A stretch of DNA of 63,342 nucleotides, the filler included, from Octopus bimaculoides (taxonomy: Eukaryota), in NCBI RefSeq assembly GCF_001194135.2. It is 6 parts of 6 records of this genome, joined end to end, with 100 filler letters (N's around TTAATTAATTAA, not from the genome) between each part and the next. Parts side by side here need not be neighbours in the genome. Positions count along the whole stretch, not along the records: positions 5,788 to 24,181 come from NC_068997.1; positions 24,282 to 53,451 come from NC_069005.1; 4 more parts are not named here. One strand, 5' to 3'. Shown piece after piece: positions 12,860-24,620 of the stretch (its first letter is position 1; the number at the start of each line of letters is the position of its first letter). The translations under genes and the position numbers were made by a program. The notes under the pieces are model-generated. The model searched no databases, was not told the DNA's origin, and saw only the letters and a program-made list of their open reading frames with translations.

Positions 12860-13367
12860 CACTTATCTTAAGCAACAGGCAATCACGTAACCTAAAGAAA
12901 CTCTTAACAAAGGCAAGATTCAACATGAACAAACAGGATAAAATATTCTCAGTATCCAAGTGTAATGATAAGAGATGTAGAACGTGTCAGCTTATGGATA
13001 CTGGTAGATCCATTAGAACAAAAACTGGACAAATTTCCACAAATGCAGATATGAACTGCAAAAGCAGAAAATTTATCTACTGCATTACATACCTAATTGC
13101 GAAGAACTATACATTGGTGAGACTGGGAAAGCATTATTGGAACACTCACGACAACTTTACAGACAACAAATCTGGAACACTAATGTTCGCCAAATTCCAG
13201 TGAGCGAACATATAGAAACATGTTTTCAGAAAATGTTTCTAACTTTTCCTTTCCACAAACTACATGTCACAAGTGAAGCTGGAAGGAAGATAAAAGAAAA
13301 GCATTTCATTAAAATGTTCAAACTTGTTCTGAACAGAAATATCAACAATAATATAACAACCAGTTAA
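12860..13367 (+). pseudogene. Penelope-like element (Neptune-like) linker plus GIY-YIG endonuclease, frameshifted
   Basis: RQSRNLKKLLTKARF...KCNDKRCRTCQ (Cys-rich linker)...NCKSRKFIYCIT, then after frameshift PVSEHI...RKIKEKHFIKMFKLVLN (GIY-YIG C-terminal E..I....P.LN-like). Confidence 0.8.
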
Positions 13368-13790
13368 CGATGTGGATTTAAAATATCTTTCACATATGAA
13401 TATAAACAATTTACAGTAGACTGCCACCGATGGAAATAAAAATGATCGAAACCAACTAAGTTTGCTCTCTCATAAAAGCATTACATGTAAATTGCAAGGT
13501 AATTGGCTAAAATAAAAGGCGGGATCTCTGCCAGTAATATCGGTGCGCCCGGCAAACCATGACGTTTAAACTACATGCTGATTGGTCAAAACCGTTTTCG
13601 AAAACTTCAGCTTGTCGGAGCCTTCTAAAAAGTATGAAAAGGAAGAAGTCAGTCATTTTACTACAGTTGTCAAACGCTCAGTCACTACATTTTGAAATCT
13701 GACGATTACTACGAACGTTTGAATGCGCTAATTGAACTTTATGAACATTACAAAATACTTTTTTAATGTTTAACACACTTCAACATAGTA
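13368..13790 (+). mobile_element. Probable 3' non-coding/pseudo-LTR region of the PLE
   Basis: Directly follows the endonuclease stop; CpG-richer, contains ATTGG (CCAAT) boxes; no ORF. Confidence 0.4.
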
Positions 13791-16699
13791 ATTTTTAAAA
13801 AATACAATAATAAAAATGTGAAAACCAGACCATGTTGCAACTTTATTCAAATGATATATTATTCTAGACACATTTACACAAATTCGGGAAATATATACAT
13901 GTGTGTGTGTGTATGCATGTATGCATGTATGTACATATATATGTAGAGGAATGACCACCAAAGTGGACTCCAAATATGCTAAATATAGACGTCAAATCAG
14001 CTTTCCACGAAGAGTGTGTTCTCAAGAAAAAATTTCTGCAAAAGGCCAGAATTTAAAAATGAGCAAGACAGATGAAAATATATGAAATAAAAAACGACTA
14101 CCTGCGTACCAATGGTTTCGCTTCTTAATATTTACGAATGTAAATATTCGCAAGCTCATCAGCATAGTCTGTCGCTTCAAAACACAATTTCCAGAACTAG
14201 ACACAGAACGCTCACCCGAAAGAGAGCATGTATAAAGTTCTGCGAATTATATTTGAGGATATTTTTCAAATGTCTTCATTTTGGCGCGCTGAGGCCGGAA
14301 ATAACCCTGCAGTTAATAAATTTCTGCATCTAATTTACCGGTTACAGAACATTCTTATTTAAAAATTAAATAATGAGGGTAGAAATTGATATCAATCAAT
14401 TAAAACCAGTGGCTTAGCATATTTTTTTTTAATCCGAAGATTAAAAATTATATTACATACAAAATTAATTATTTCATCACTTTAACATTTCAGTTTGTTT
14501 AGTTTGTTTGTGTGTGTAGTATTCCTTAAATCATAATCAATTGATCTCATGGGACATATGGTGACATTCAAAGGTCAGCTTTATAAACATTTTATAATAC
14601 AGAATTATCAGTAATGCTCATCTAAAGGAAACTGGTGGTGATGCCGGAGCGAGGGTGACCATGGAGGGATGTTTCATGTTTCTTCATTATTATTATTTTT
14701 ACTGTTTCTTAAGGTATCCGGACTGAGGATAAACAGGGACAATTCTGCATCTGTTTGAGGATGATCGCCGCTAATTTGGACATACATCTCTGGACCACTT
14801 ATATTTTGCACAAGGCAAACAGACGTCTGTCAGTACCAACACATTTTGCGCAGGGAGATATTAATGCTGGTTTCCTTGAGCAAGGAATGACAAAATTAAA
14901 ACAAAAATGTTCGAGGACTGTTATTTGAAGAAACCAATTTGAATATTGTGTCACCTTGTAAAGCCACACAATAATACAACGATTTCTTTCACAATCTTTA
15001 ATTTGTTGGTTCTTACTATATTACCACGTTTAGTGAAAAAAGAAACAAAGTGGGAAATATTAAATGCATGCTGTGCAGTTGGCTTGGGGAAAACTTAATT
15101 TTCTATAGAAACTTCCTGAAACAATAAGTCTTAGTGTATGATATCTACTATTCTGAAAATCAATTTGCCTGTTTGACTGCAAGCAGACGACTAAATATAT
15201 GACTGACTGTAAGCAATAGTCGATTTCAATTATAAGTTTTACGTATTCTAACCCAGCAATAGTTTATCTCTTGGAAATGACCTTAATTGAGGTTTTGATG
15301 TTCTGGAAATATATTTTTACTAGGTATTCTTATGTGAAAGAATCAAACGAAGATATTTCTGAAAGGGATTTCCAGGAGAAAAAGAAATTAAGCTCTGTTT
15401 AGTGCTGCTTTGCTGATGGTACGTTGTATTATATCATCGATGATTAATTATAGATGGTCCCAACATTTTAACTATCAAACACAATTGAAAACAACGTGTG
15501 TGAAATTAAACAAAAGTGAGCTTCTATGTAAACGTTGGACTCGCAAGAAGTAGCAACCAGTCTTTCCTCGAATCAAACTGTATTGTTTTAAAAGTAAACA
15601 GAATTATTTCGACAGACACCTTTGAATGTTGGTATGCGCTGTTAATGTTGTTCTAACCATCACACCAGAAAGTGCATAGTAAAATAGCATTACAATATTC
15701 TCATGTGAGATGAGAGGAATCAAACCGCTAGAAATCATCTTTGGAAATTTCTTGAATCTTGAGGTTACCGTCCTTTTCATGTGAAGCTGAACTTAATTAC
15801 CATTTAGTAATTATGATACATCCTCTAGGGGCGGAGATGCCTTAATTAAATTAAGAATTTAAGTTGTATTTGTGGATATTTTCAAATACATGCAATATTT
15901 TGTGAAGATGCCATCAAGTCCTATGGCATTTCTATTTTTTTAAATTACTGATATTTGTTTCAAGTTCTTCATAAGTAAAAGTTATGAAAACTTAATTTTA
16001 CTCGTGATTTGGATGATTTTCCTCTCGACTGTCTTTATGTATTTTGTTATTTGATTCTTTACTGCTTGTTATAAATTGATGGATAATTTGGTTTATAGTA
16101 ATGTCTAGATATTCCCTCAGCGGTCTAACATCATTACTAAGCTTTTGTATGAGACACCAGTATTTCTGGCTCTGAAAATGGACCAATTTCAAAAGTTAGT
16201 TTAAACTTTTGTATGTAATTCTGAGCTTTTCTTTGTGAATCCAGCTGGGTATTGATTTTGGCAAAGCCTTTCACTATAAGTATTTTTACGTGTGCGTTCG
16301 TTTGTGTTTAACTGTGTACGAATATGTGCGCATCTGTGTGTAAGAAATTTTCTTTGCATCACGTGGTTTCGAGTCCAGTCCCACTGTGCAGCATCTTAAG
16401 TGATTCTTACTGTGAAAAGCATTTAGATCTCCATCCATAAATGTAACATAAGATAAATAAATCCACAGCTTAGAAAAATACCTTTCAACAACAGATATTC
16501 TAACAAATTAATGGGACAATAGAAACAGAAATATAGTGCAACAAAAACATCAATCACCACAGATACACTAAAAGCAAATTATGATGCTCAGCGATATAGC
16601 AACTATAAAATGGATTTAAAACTCCTAAAACGGAACACCAAATTATCGAGTAGCGCTAATAATTTATAACAAAAACATTAAAATTAAAACTATCCCATC

Positions 16700-17220
16700 A
16701 GTAACAAAATTACAGGTACGTAAACCCTCGAACATGCTGCAAATGACCAAAATGATTTATATACACTTGATTGCAAACATGGACAACGTAAATCTCACCA
16801 CTACAACTTCTGTATTGGCCGTACAAATCGATACTCGTTCCTGGATCACGATGCACATGCAACGAACAGTCGCAATGCATTATACTCCAACAACACAATA
16901 CAAAAGTCAGTGTATAAACATGAGTGGAAAACATGTCTAAACGCTACAGAGTTACTATCAAAAATAGACGATGAATGATAGAAGCAATACACCATAAGTG
17001 ATACTAAAATACACACGGCCAGCAAAAACTTATCATAAAGAAAAGTAAATACCCAAATGATAATGTATAAAGAGAACGGTGAAACTTAAAAGTTCTGTTG
17101 TTAATGTCACAAGCGAACCACAATTGACTCAGCCTCTTATAAAGAGGCAGCAACACATGGCAAAATCACTTCATCAAGAAAATGAGATTTCTGGAATTAA
17201 AAACGTTAATCTACCTACAA
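16700..17220 (+). pseudogene. Decayed PLE GIY-YIG remnant
   Basis: NDLYTLDCKHG...FCIGRTNRYSF...H..NSRNALYSNNT..SVYKHEWK resembles IY..C..YIG.T...F..R..H..SF..YS..T.LS..W; many stops downstream. Confidence 0.4.
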
Positions 17221-17572
17221 ATTTGCGATAAACTCAAACGAATATATATTTTTTTTAAATCCTTGATAAAATGAAATAGTAAAGCTAGAAAACGCCCCTT
17301 TTAAAATATATAAAGAATAACTGCTTTTCTGTTTTCCATGTACATGTGTACATGCATATGGCTATGTGTATGCCTGTTGCTTGGTACATGTGTATGATCG
17401 AAGGTGGAGAGTGTACAGAGAGGTGAGGGTCAAGCAAACATCTGACTAAGTCAGTCTCATTGATTCGTGAAAGAAAAGGTTTGACATCTGACTTGCTCAT
17501 GGGACTGAATGCCTATTGTTGAGGCTGTGTTGATTCGGATTGTTAGTGATGTCCTTGACATACTTACACTAG

Positions 17573-17785
17573 CACACACACACACACACACACACGTACA
17601 CACACACGCGCACACACACACACACACACACACGTATACACACACACACACACAGCAGTAGACCTGCACTCGTCAGTATGACATTAGCACTGACATCACA
17701 TTGTCGTTGGCTGTCTAATATTATGAGAACACATGTACCCTCTCACTCTCACACATACATGCATTCGCACACACATACTTGCACG

Positions 17786-17831
<46 letters not shown>

Positions 17832-18625
17832 TTTATATTCAAATACTTTCTTTCGACTCACTTCCTCTCATGCACACATTCAGTCTCTCGTCCTCGCCGT
17901 CGCTATTTCTAGCACACATGCACTCATTCTATCACGCACACCTACATACACACGTACACACACACACATACACCCATACATACATAATTACATACACATT
18001 CATACCTTCACTTTCTCTCTTACCTTATCTCCTACCCACAGACATACGTGCATGCACTTACACATACACACACTGTTCTCTCGTTTCCCCCCTCTCTCTC
18101 TCTCTCTCACCCTCTCCCCATATACTGACTTATATCTATACATACATAGACAAAAACTAACATTTTCTTACTCTCACTCTCGCTCTTTCAGACTCACTCA
18201 GCCTTTTCCTTGCTTTATCTCTCTCCCCCACTCTCTCTCAACCACTCTCCCTCTCCCACTCACGCATGCACACACACACACACTTACACACACTATTACT
18301 ACTTCCATTATCATCTCAACTGCCACCATCACCACCTGTACATTAAGGATAGCGACAACCACTATTACTAACTCCATGACTTTTACCACCACTTTTACCG
18401 TCACCCCCACATTCACAACTACCACTATCACTACTACCACCAGCTCTGTACCAATTCCACCACTACCACGAACACCACTATCACTACCATCACCATCACT
18501 ATCACTACAACTACCATCATCATCAATTTTACTAGAACCACCATCACCACCCTAGCCATCACCCCCCCCCCCATTACTATCACCCCCACCGTCACCAACT
18601 CTATTACCATCACCACTACTTCTTC
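17573..18625. repeat. Compound microsatellite/low-complexity tract: (CA)n, (CT)n and cryptic (ACC/ACT/ATC)n
   Basis: Directly visible; source of the Thr/His-rich and Val-rich ORFs in the track. Confidence 0.9.
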
Positions 18626-19016
18626 CATTATTGATGTTTGTTTCCAGTTCTTTATATGTAAAACATACAAAAAGTGAATTTAACTCGTAAACGTATAGGC
18701 TTTCAGACTGAATAAATTGGCGTACTTTGATGAGAAGAAAGTCCTATCGTAGGAAAGATAAGACTTTATGAAACTGTTTCTTGGTACTTCCGAATCATGC
18801 GATTTAAAAAATCACCTCACTCCATCCTATACATTTTGTCACAGAAAAATAAAATGGCTCAGCATCAGACATTAATAGAAGTCAAATATAAATTCATAAA
18901 TATAAATTCAAATATAAATTCATAATAAATATTTAGCAAGGCACATCATCATTTAGATTGCCTTATGCCAACTATGTCACTGAAACCAAAGTGCACGACA
19001 TATTATGTGTGCGCGG

Positions 19017-19190
19017 GCTTAGCGGTATTTCGCCCGTTGCTGCGTTCTGAGTTCAAATTCCGCCGAGGTCGACTTTGCCTTTAATCCTTTCGGGGTGGAA
19101 TAAAATAAGTACCAGTTACGCACTGAGGTCAATGTAATCGACTTATCCCCTCCCCAAAACGTTTCAGGCCTTGTGCCTATAATAGAAAGG
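19017..19190 (+). mobile_element. tRNA-derived SINE, family A (5'-truncated)
   Basis: gagttcaaattccgccgaggtcgactttgcc...aaaataagtaccag. Confidence 0.8.
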
Positions 19191-19374
19191 CTTAAGTGTG
19201 TCCATGTGTGTGTATGTATGTATGTATGTATGTATGTATCTATGTATGTATGTATGTATGTATGTACGTATGTATGTAAATTACATCAGAAATACATTTG
19301 TGAAAATAATCTGGTGAAACTGAAAAACATTCAAGTGGCTAGAAGAAATTTAACAAGGTAGAGGCAAGCTTACT

Positions 19375-19424
19375 TGTGTGGTAAGAAGACTGCTTCCCAA
19401 CCACATGATTCCAAGTTGAGTCTC
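19375..19424 (+). mobile_element. Isolated family B SINE head
   Basis: tgtgtggtaagaagactgcttcccaaccacatgattccaagttgagtctc matches the first about 50 nt of family B copies (e.g. 33579-33630). Confidence 0.7.
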
Positions 19425-20460
19425 CCTTATGTAGGTGAAACAGCATGGAGCATAGGGGAGCGGGGAAATGAACATTGGAGGGAACTTAAAGAAGGGAAGA
19501 GCTCATCAGTTCTGTACCAGCACGCTGAGCAAGAACATGGAGGCTCACTCAACAACATAGAAATTAAAATCTTATCCACACATAGCAGAGACGCAGCACT
19601 TATACAAATTACAGAAGCTACACACATAATAGAAGATAAACCTAGCCTGAATAGGAAACTGAAATGGAACACTAACACACACTCCTAACAAACCACAACA
19701 TATGACAATAAATTCCCCATCAACCAATAACAATATGAACAAAATATAATACAAAACAATACATAGATAAAAAAATGGAATTAAATACTACATACGTTAA
19801 CAAAATTAAATTAAATACAAAAAAAGTAGGTATAAACACATGAACAAATAAATAAATAAAAACAAAAATAAACGAACATGTATTAACAGAGGATATAGAT
19901 AGTACAGGCACTCCCCATACACACACATGCACTTACAAAACATAGACACACATTGAGGGATACGCATGCGTAGACACATACAATAGGAATACAAAATACA
20001 AAATGGCTGATAGTTAGCAAGGGACACACATAAGNNNNNNNNNNCAAATAAATAAATAAAAACAAAAATAAACGAACATGTATTAACAGAGGATATAGAT
20101 AGTACAGGCACTCCCCATACACACACATGCACTTACAAAACATAGACACACATTGAGGGATACGCATGCGTAGACACATACAATAGGAATACAAAATACA
20201 AAATGGCTGATAGTTAGCAAGGGACACACATAAGAAACAAGAAAGCAAAGGACCACTGATGAGGTCACAGAAGTGTGACGAAAGAACTCTGGCCGAAATA
20301 GGATTAATGTAATGTAATATAAGGCTGAAGCCAATTAACACCAAATATATAGTGCGTGTGTTTTTATTGGATAAACTGGCAATATATTTGACTTCTACTG
20401 TACTATACAGTTTATAGTACAGTTTATACAACAACATATATGACCGTTGACTGAACACTA
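19425..20460 (+). mobile_element. 5'-truncated Penelope-like element: GIY-YIG C-terminal half plus 3' repeat with HHR
   Basis: PYVGETAWSIGERGNEHW...SVLYQHAEQEHG...IQITEATHIIEDKPSLNRK (YVGET..R..EH and EA..I....P.LN motifs), stop at 19688, HHR at 20250-20294. Confidence 0.8.
20250..20294 (+). ncRNA. Minimal type I hammerhead ribozyme
   Basis: Stem I GACCA/TGGCC (one mismatch), CTGATGA (20256-20262), perfect stem II GTCACA-GAAG-TGTGAC, GAAA (20280-20283), stem III AG-AA-CT, cleavage triplet CUC. Confidence 0.8.
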
Positions 20461-20500
20461 TTCAATTTTTTTCTCCGTGTTTTTCTCCTTGTCTCCGTAT

Positions 20501-20537
20501 TCTTTCTGTTGAAGAGCGTAACTCGAAACGTCAAAGA
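20501..20537 (+). ncRNA. Hammerhead-like motif with non-canonical core (CTGTTGA)
   Basis: Stem I TCTTT/AAAGA, core CTGTTGA, stem II GAG-cgtaa-CTC, GAAA, loopless ACGT, triplet GUC. Confidence 0.6.
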
Positions 20538-20679
20538 CTTTCCGTATTTCTGAGCGTCATACTAATACATCCTTTTGTTATTTACACCACCTGTCCTCGT
20601 CTGTTGTTGTTNNNNNNNNNNNNNNNNNNNNNNNNNNNNNNNNNNNNNNNNNNNNNNNNNTTATAGTTCCAAGGTTTCA

Positions 20680-21610
20680 AATTTGTATGTTTAAAAATGT
20701 AGAGACTCACAACACGACCGATCTTTATTCCATTTATTTAATTATTTACCATTCGATGTCAACATTTCTGTGCCCAACTCTATCCAGCGACTGATCCGTT
20801 GGATGTCTGACGTTTGGCACTTCCTCAGGAATGGCTTCCATCAGAACAAATTACGAAAAAACACAACACAATCAACGATCATAACAGATTATTAAAATAC
20901 TTGGCTATACCTCCGCCATGCTGCTTTCATTTACTTTGTTTACTATATACAGGGGAGGTAACTCCTTGATATTTTCAATTGCTACCGCTCTCCTGTGAAT
21001 GTCTACTAGATTAATTTATTTTATTTATTTATTTATTAATTTATTTATTAATTTAATTATTAATTTATTTTTCAATGTTTCTTTATTTTAGTGATTATCC
21101 CCGATAGGTAGATTATTTTTGTTGCCCCTGGGAGGTTATCATTGCTATTATTTCATTTTATATTATTACCGTGTCTCATTATTGGGCTAAGGGAACTCTC
21201 TCCAGAAATCCTTGCTCTTAGGAATCTTTTCAAGCTCCTTCACTGATATATTCAGTAATATTTCAATATATTATCACTCTTTGCTATTATCATTATCTTC
21301 TATGGGTTTTATACTAAGATTTGAACCTCATCTCTTCTTACTAAACTCCTCAGTTTGTTATCTTATTCCCAGTTCCTATTTTAATTTCATATCTATCCTT
21401 ATTATGGTAGAGCCATGCACTTATATCCTGTTTAGAGATCTAACAATTGGCTGTATTGTACTGTACTATATTACCCGTTCCGTCTCTCTTGTTCATCCAA
21501 TCTATACTGGATTGTTCCTAGGTCTAGGTGGCAGATTCCCAGCTGCCGCTTACATCTTTATTACAATTCTATCTATATGCTCTGCTTCCATCCTTACTAC
21601 AAATTTGAAA
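20680..21610 (-). mobile_element. Possible decayed PLE on minus strand
   Basis: Stop-riddled minus frame with IG*T and NLSIKPIE peptides, and a degraded HHR-like ctgagga...aaacgtc near 20810-20830. Confidence 0.3.
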
Positions 21611-21616
21611 CCTTGG

Positions 21617-21659
<43 letters not shown>

Positions 21660-23152
21660 TGTGTGCGTGTGTGCGTGTGTGCGTGTGTTTGTGTGTGTGT
21701 GTGTGCATGTGTGTATGCATGATTATGCGTGTATGTGTCCGAGTGTTGAAGCGTAAAGGCCAGTTAAGGACAATCACGTGTAATCAGCCATGAAGAACAA
21801 ATCAGCAGTACAAAGAAATAAAATACCAACCCTTTTGAAATGGTAACTACTTTAACAGTACCAGAATCACCATCCCACTATATCTACACATTCAAAGCAG
21901 TCTGCCAACGGACCTTCAGCAACAAAACACCCTGATAAGCTAAGTTACTACAACTAAATTGGCCACGACAGACAGAACGGATGTTCTTGAAGCCGGGGAT
22001 TTTAAACTTACAGAGACAATATTTATATATCGCCTGAGGAAACAAAACTAGATCTCATAATGCAGGGAAACAGTTGCATAATCACGTAGCTGCACGCCTG
22101 GAGAACTACATTGAGTCGAAACAATTGTAGTGATTATGACAAATAAATGTCCAACCATACACCTTCTTGTAACTTCCAATCGTTTCAATTATCTATTCCG
22201 ACACGACAGATGTCGAAACGCAAACCTGGAAGTACGTATAATACTACTACTAGTTGGCACAGGGTAAATCTGAAGGTGGACGAGCTGTACATCGAACTCT
22301 ACAACCTTCTTTACAGAATACACCATAACTGTGTGCGTGCATGTGCATGCGTGAGTGCGTGTGTGTGTGTGTGTGCGTGTGTGCGTGTGAGAGAGAGAGA
22401 GAGAGAGAGAGTGTTCGGAGAGTAATTATGTATTTTACTGCTATACATTGTAAGATAAGGATATTTAGATACTACAAAACGTCTAACTATAATTTACCGT
22501 AGTTTCTAATTGATAATGCCTCGTTTATCGGTATAAACTTTTACCAATAAGAAACAACTTTCACCTATATGTTCCTGCGGCGTCAGAGCAGCCGAACAAA
22601 AGTGACAAGATCTTTGATGCTTTATAAACTGTTGGTGATTCTATATCCTCAGTTGTCTGTGTTCTAAGCGTTTAATGTTATACTCAGAATTTAAATTGTC
22701 ATCTGAAACTAACATCGCAAGTTTGTCAACAAATTTAACGTTTATTTCCTCTCTGCTGAACGCTTTTCATCACACACAACACGGAACGTTAAGATATGTC
22801 GATCCTTGAAACGTTGTAGTGAAATCGAATTCATAATCTAGACCTAATTCATTAATAAATATTGGGGCGTGGTCCTTCATTAGATCTTCTGACAACTTTA
22901 ACACCTTTAACACCTTCACTTATGCATACTAAAAACCATTTAATCAAAACTTGCTCTAATTCTACCATTGTCTTCCTTTTACATAAATGTATCTTTGAAT
23001 TACTGTCAGAGGGAAGAAACAAACAAAGAAAATTAAATGCTTCATGTCTGTTTCTTAATGTCATAAACTATGCAAAAGCTAATTCTATACAACTCCGTCA
23101 CACTGTTTACAGATACGTTGTTGTCAAGTATTTTTTGAAACGTTCAACGTTA

Positions 23153-24055
23153 CTGTGTTGAGTCAAAGGTCTTGTTATATCTTGGTAAATTATTTGCTTT
23201 ATTCGTCAAGTTAAAACAAAAGCAGCCAAGCATTCGAAGTAGAAGCCAACGTGTTGCACCGTCTGAAGTCAGTTTCTGTCCGTTCTTTGATTTCACATTG
23301 ATACCCGTTCTCGTCTTTCGGGGCGAAAAACGCCTTCACTGAAGTTTCTGCCTCGTCTTGGTTGATGAAGTGACGCGAGCGCAGGAACTGAGCCATAGAT
23401 CGAAACAAGTAATAAACTGAGGTTGTTAGATCCAGACTATAAGCTGGGTGTAGCATCAGTTCGATTCCCTCATGTTCCTGGAGTTTATACCTGATCAGTC
23501 AAGCGGTATGAGGTCTTGTGTTATCTTGCTGCAGAACAGCTCGCTTTCTGTTAACTAATGCCGGACATTCTAGCCGCAGAATGGCATGCATCCGCTCCAG
23601 CTGTTCGGAGCACAGGATTGCATCGGTGGTTCGGAACGATTTCGTAGTGAATTGTTCCATCATAATTCCACCAGACTCGCAGCATCACCTTATATTTGAA
23701 ACGCCCATGTTTAGTCACAGGTTCCAGAATCTGGCCCTCGCTTAACCACTGCTTATGTATGTTAGGATTGCGGAAGACCATCCCACTCGGATCATTATTT
23801 GTTCCAATCCATGTCTCACTTTGAGCGCTAGCGAAGCTTCATCAACCAAGCAGAGGTGGAAGCTACAGTGAAGGAGTTATTCGCCTCGAAGTATAATAGC
23901 AGGTATTAACGTAGGATCAAAGAACAGACAGAAAAGTGGCTTCAGATAGTGCAAGACAACGGCCTCTACTTTGAATGCTAGGATGCTTTTGTTTTAAGTT
24001 GACAAATAAAGAAAACAAGTTAGCAAAACATGGCAAAACGTTTGACTCAGCACGA
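23153..24055. mobile_element. Mariner (DD34D) derivative made of two inverted 3' ends
   Basis: Minus strand KVMLRVWWNYDGTIHYEIVP and HPAYSLDLTTSVYYLFRSM; plus strand 23830-24055 repeats the same C-terminal/TIR region; TIRs ctgtgttgagtcaaa / tttgactcagcacga each flanked by TA. Confidence 0.75.
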
Positions 24056-24059
24056 TAAT

Positions 24060-24130
24060 TTTAATAAACAGTAACATCCACCCCTAGGGGTCAGCCACAC
24101 TTAAGTGGCAATATACTACACTTTATCGTG
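24060..24130 (+). repeat. Interspersed repeat shared with 53572-53620
   Basis: aacagtaacatccaccc.taggggtcagccaca.ttaa.tggcaa in both places. Confidence 0.6.
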
Positions 24131-24281
24131 CAGTTACTGTTAATACTTCATTTAGAGAATTAACATTGCTTATATATATATNNNNNNNNNNNNNNNNNNN
24201 NNNNNNNNNNNNNNNNNNNNNNNNNTTAATTAATTAANNNNNNNNNNNNNNNNNNNNNNNNNNNNNNNNNNNNNNNNNNNN

Positions 24282-24620
24282 TGTACCATCCTGAGCGTGA
24301 CCGTTGCCAGTACCGCCTGACTGGCCTTGTAGGGTTTTCGAGCAAGATCGTTGCCAGTGCCCCTGGACTGGCTCTTGTTCGGGTGGCACATAAAAGACAC
24401 CATTTCGAGCGTGGCCGTTTTCGTGCGGGTGACACGTAAAAGCACCCACTACACTCTCTGAGTGGTTGGCGTTAGGAAGGGCATCTAGCTGTAGAAACTC
24501 TGCCAAATTAGATTGGAGCCTGGTGTAGCCATCCGGTTTCACCAGTCCTCAGTCAAATCGTCCAACCCATGCTAGCATGGAAAAGCAGACGTTAAACGAT
24601 GATGATGATGATGATGATGA
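24282..24620 (+). mobile_element. SINE-like repeat, family C, young copy with (GAT)n tail
   Basis: Near-identical to 32004-32245 over the shared part; ends gacgttaaacgatgatgatg. Confidence 0.85.

Noticed and set aside
13699-13722. ctgacgattactacgaacgttt as HHR of the Neptune-like PLE
   Set aside because: No stem II and GAAC instead of GAAA.
14714-14930. Open frame IRTEDKQGQFCICLRMIAANLDIHLW...
   Set aside because: No convincing donor and no recognisable product.
15324-15418. Plus-strand exon with good splice sites (tttttactag| ... ATG|gtacgt)
   Set aside because: Stops in all three frames; rejected as CDS, though a UTR or lncRNA exon cannot be excluded.
17678-18670. Thr/His-rich 258-aa and Val-rich ORFs resembling mucin-like proteins
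   Set aside because: Fully explained by (CA)n, (CT)n and cryptic ACC/ACT repeats; no splice or domain evidence.
19840-20233. Identical about 190 bp tandem duplication that might be a retrozyme-like repeat
   Set aside because: Copies are identical, straddle a 10-N gap and exclude the HHR; probably a contig-overlap artefact.
20808-20832. Minus-strand ctgagga...aaacgtc HHR-like remnant
   Set aside because: G12 and stem II missing.
21212-21793. 193-aa hydrophobic plus-strand ORF
   Set aside because: No recognisable domain; runs through microsatellites; likely the antisense of an A-rich retroelement remnant.
22030-22075. ctgagga...gaaacagttg HHR-like remnant (and gggca..tgccc-gaaacag at 25470-25515)
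   Set aside because: Stem II or the CUGANGA core cannot be formed; at best dead PLE relics.
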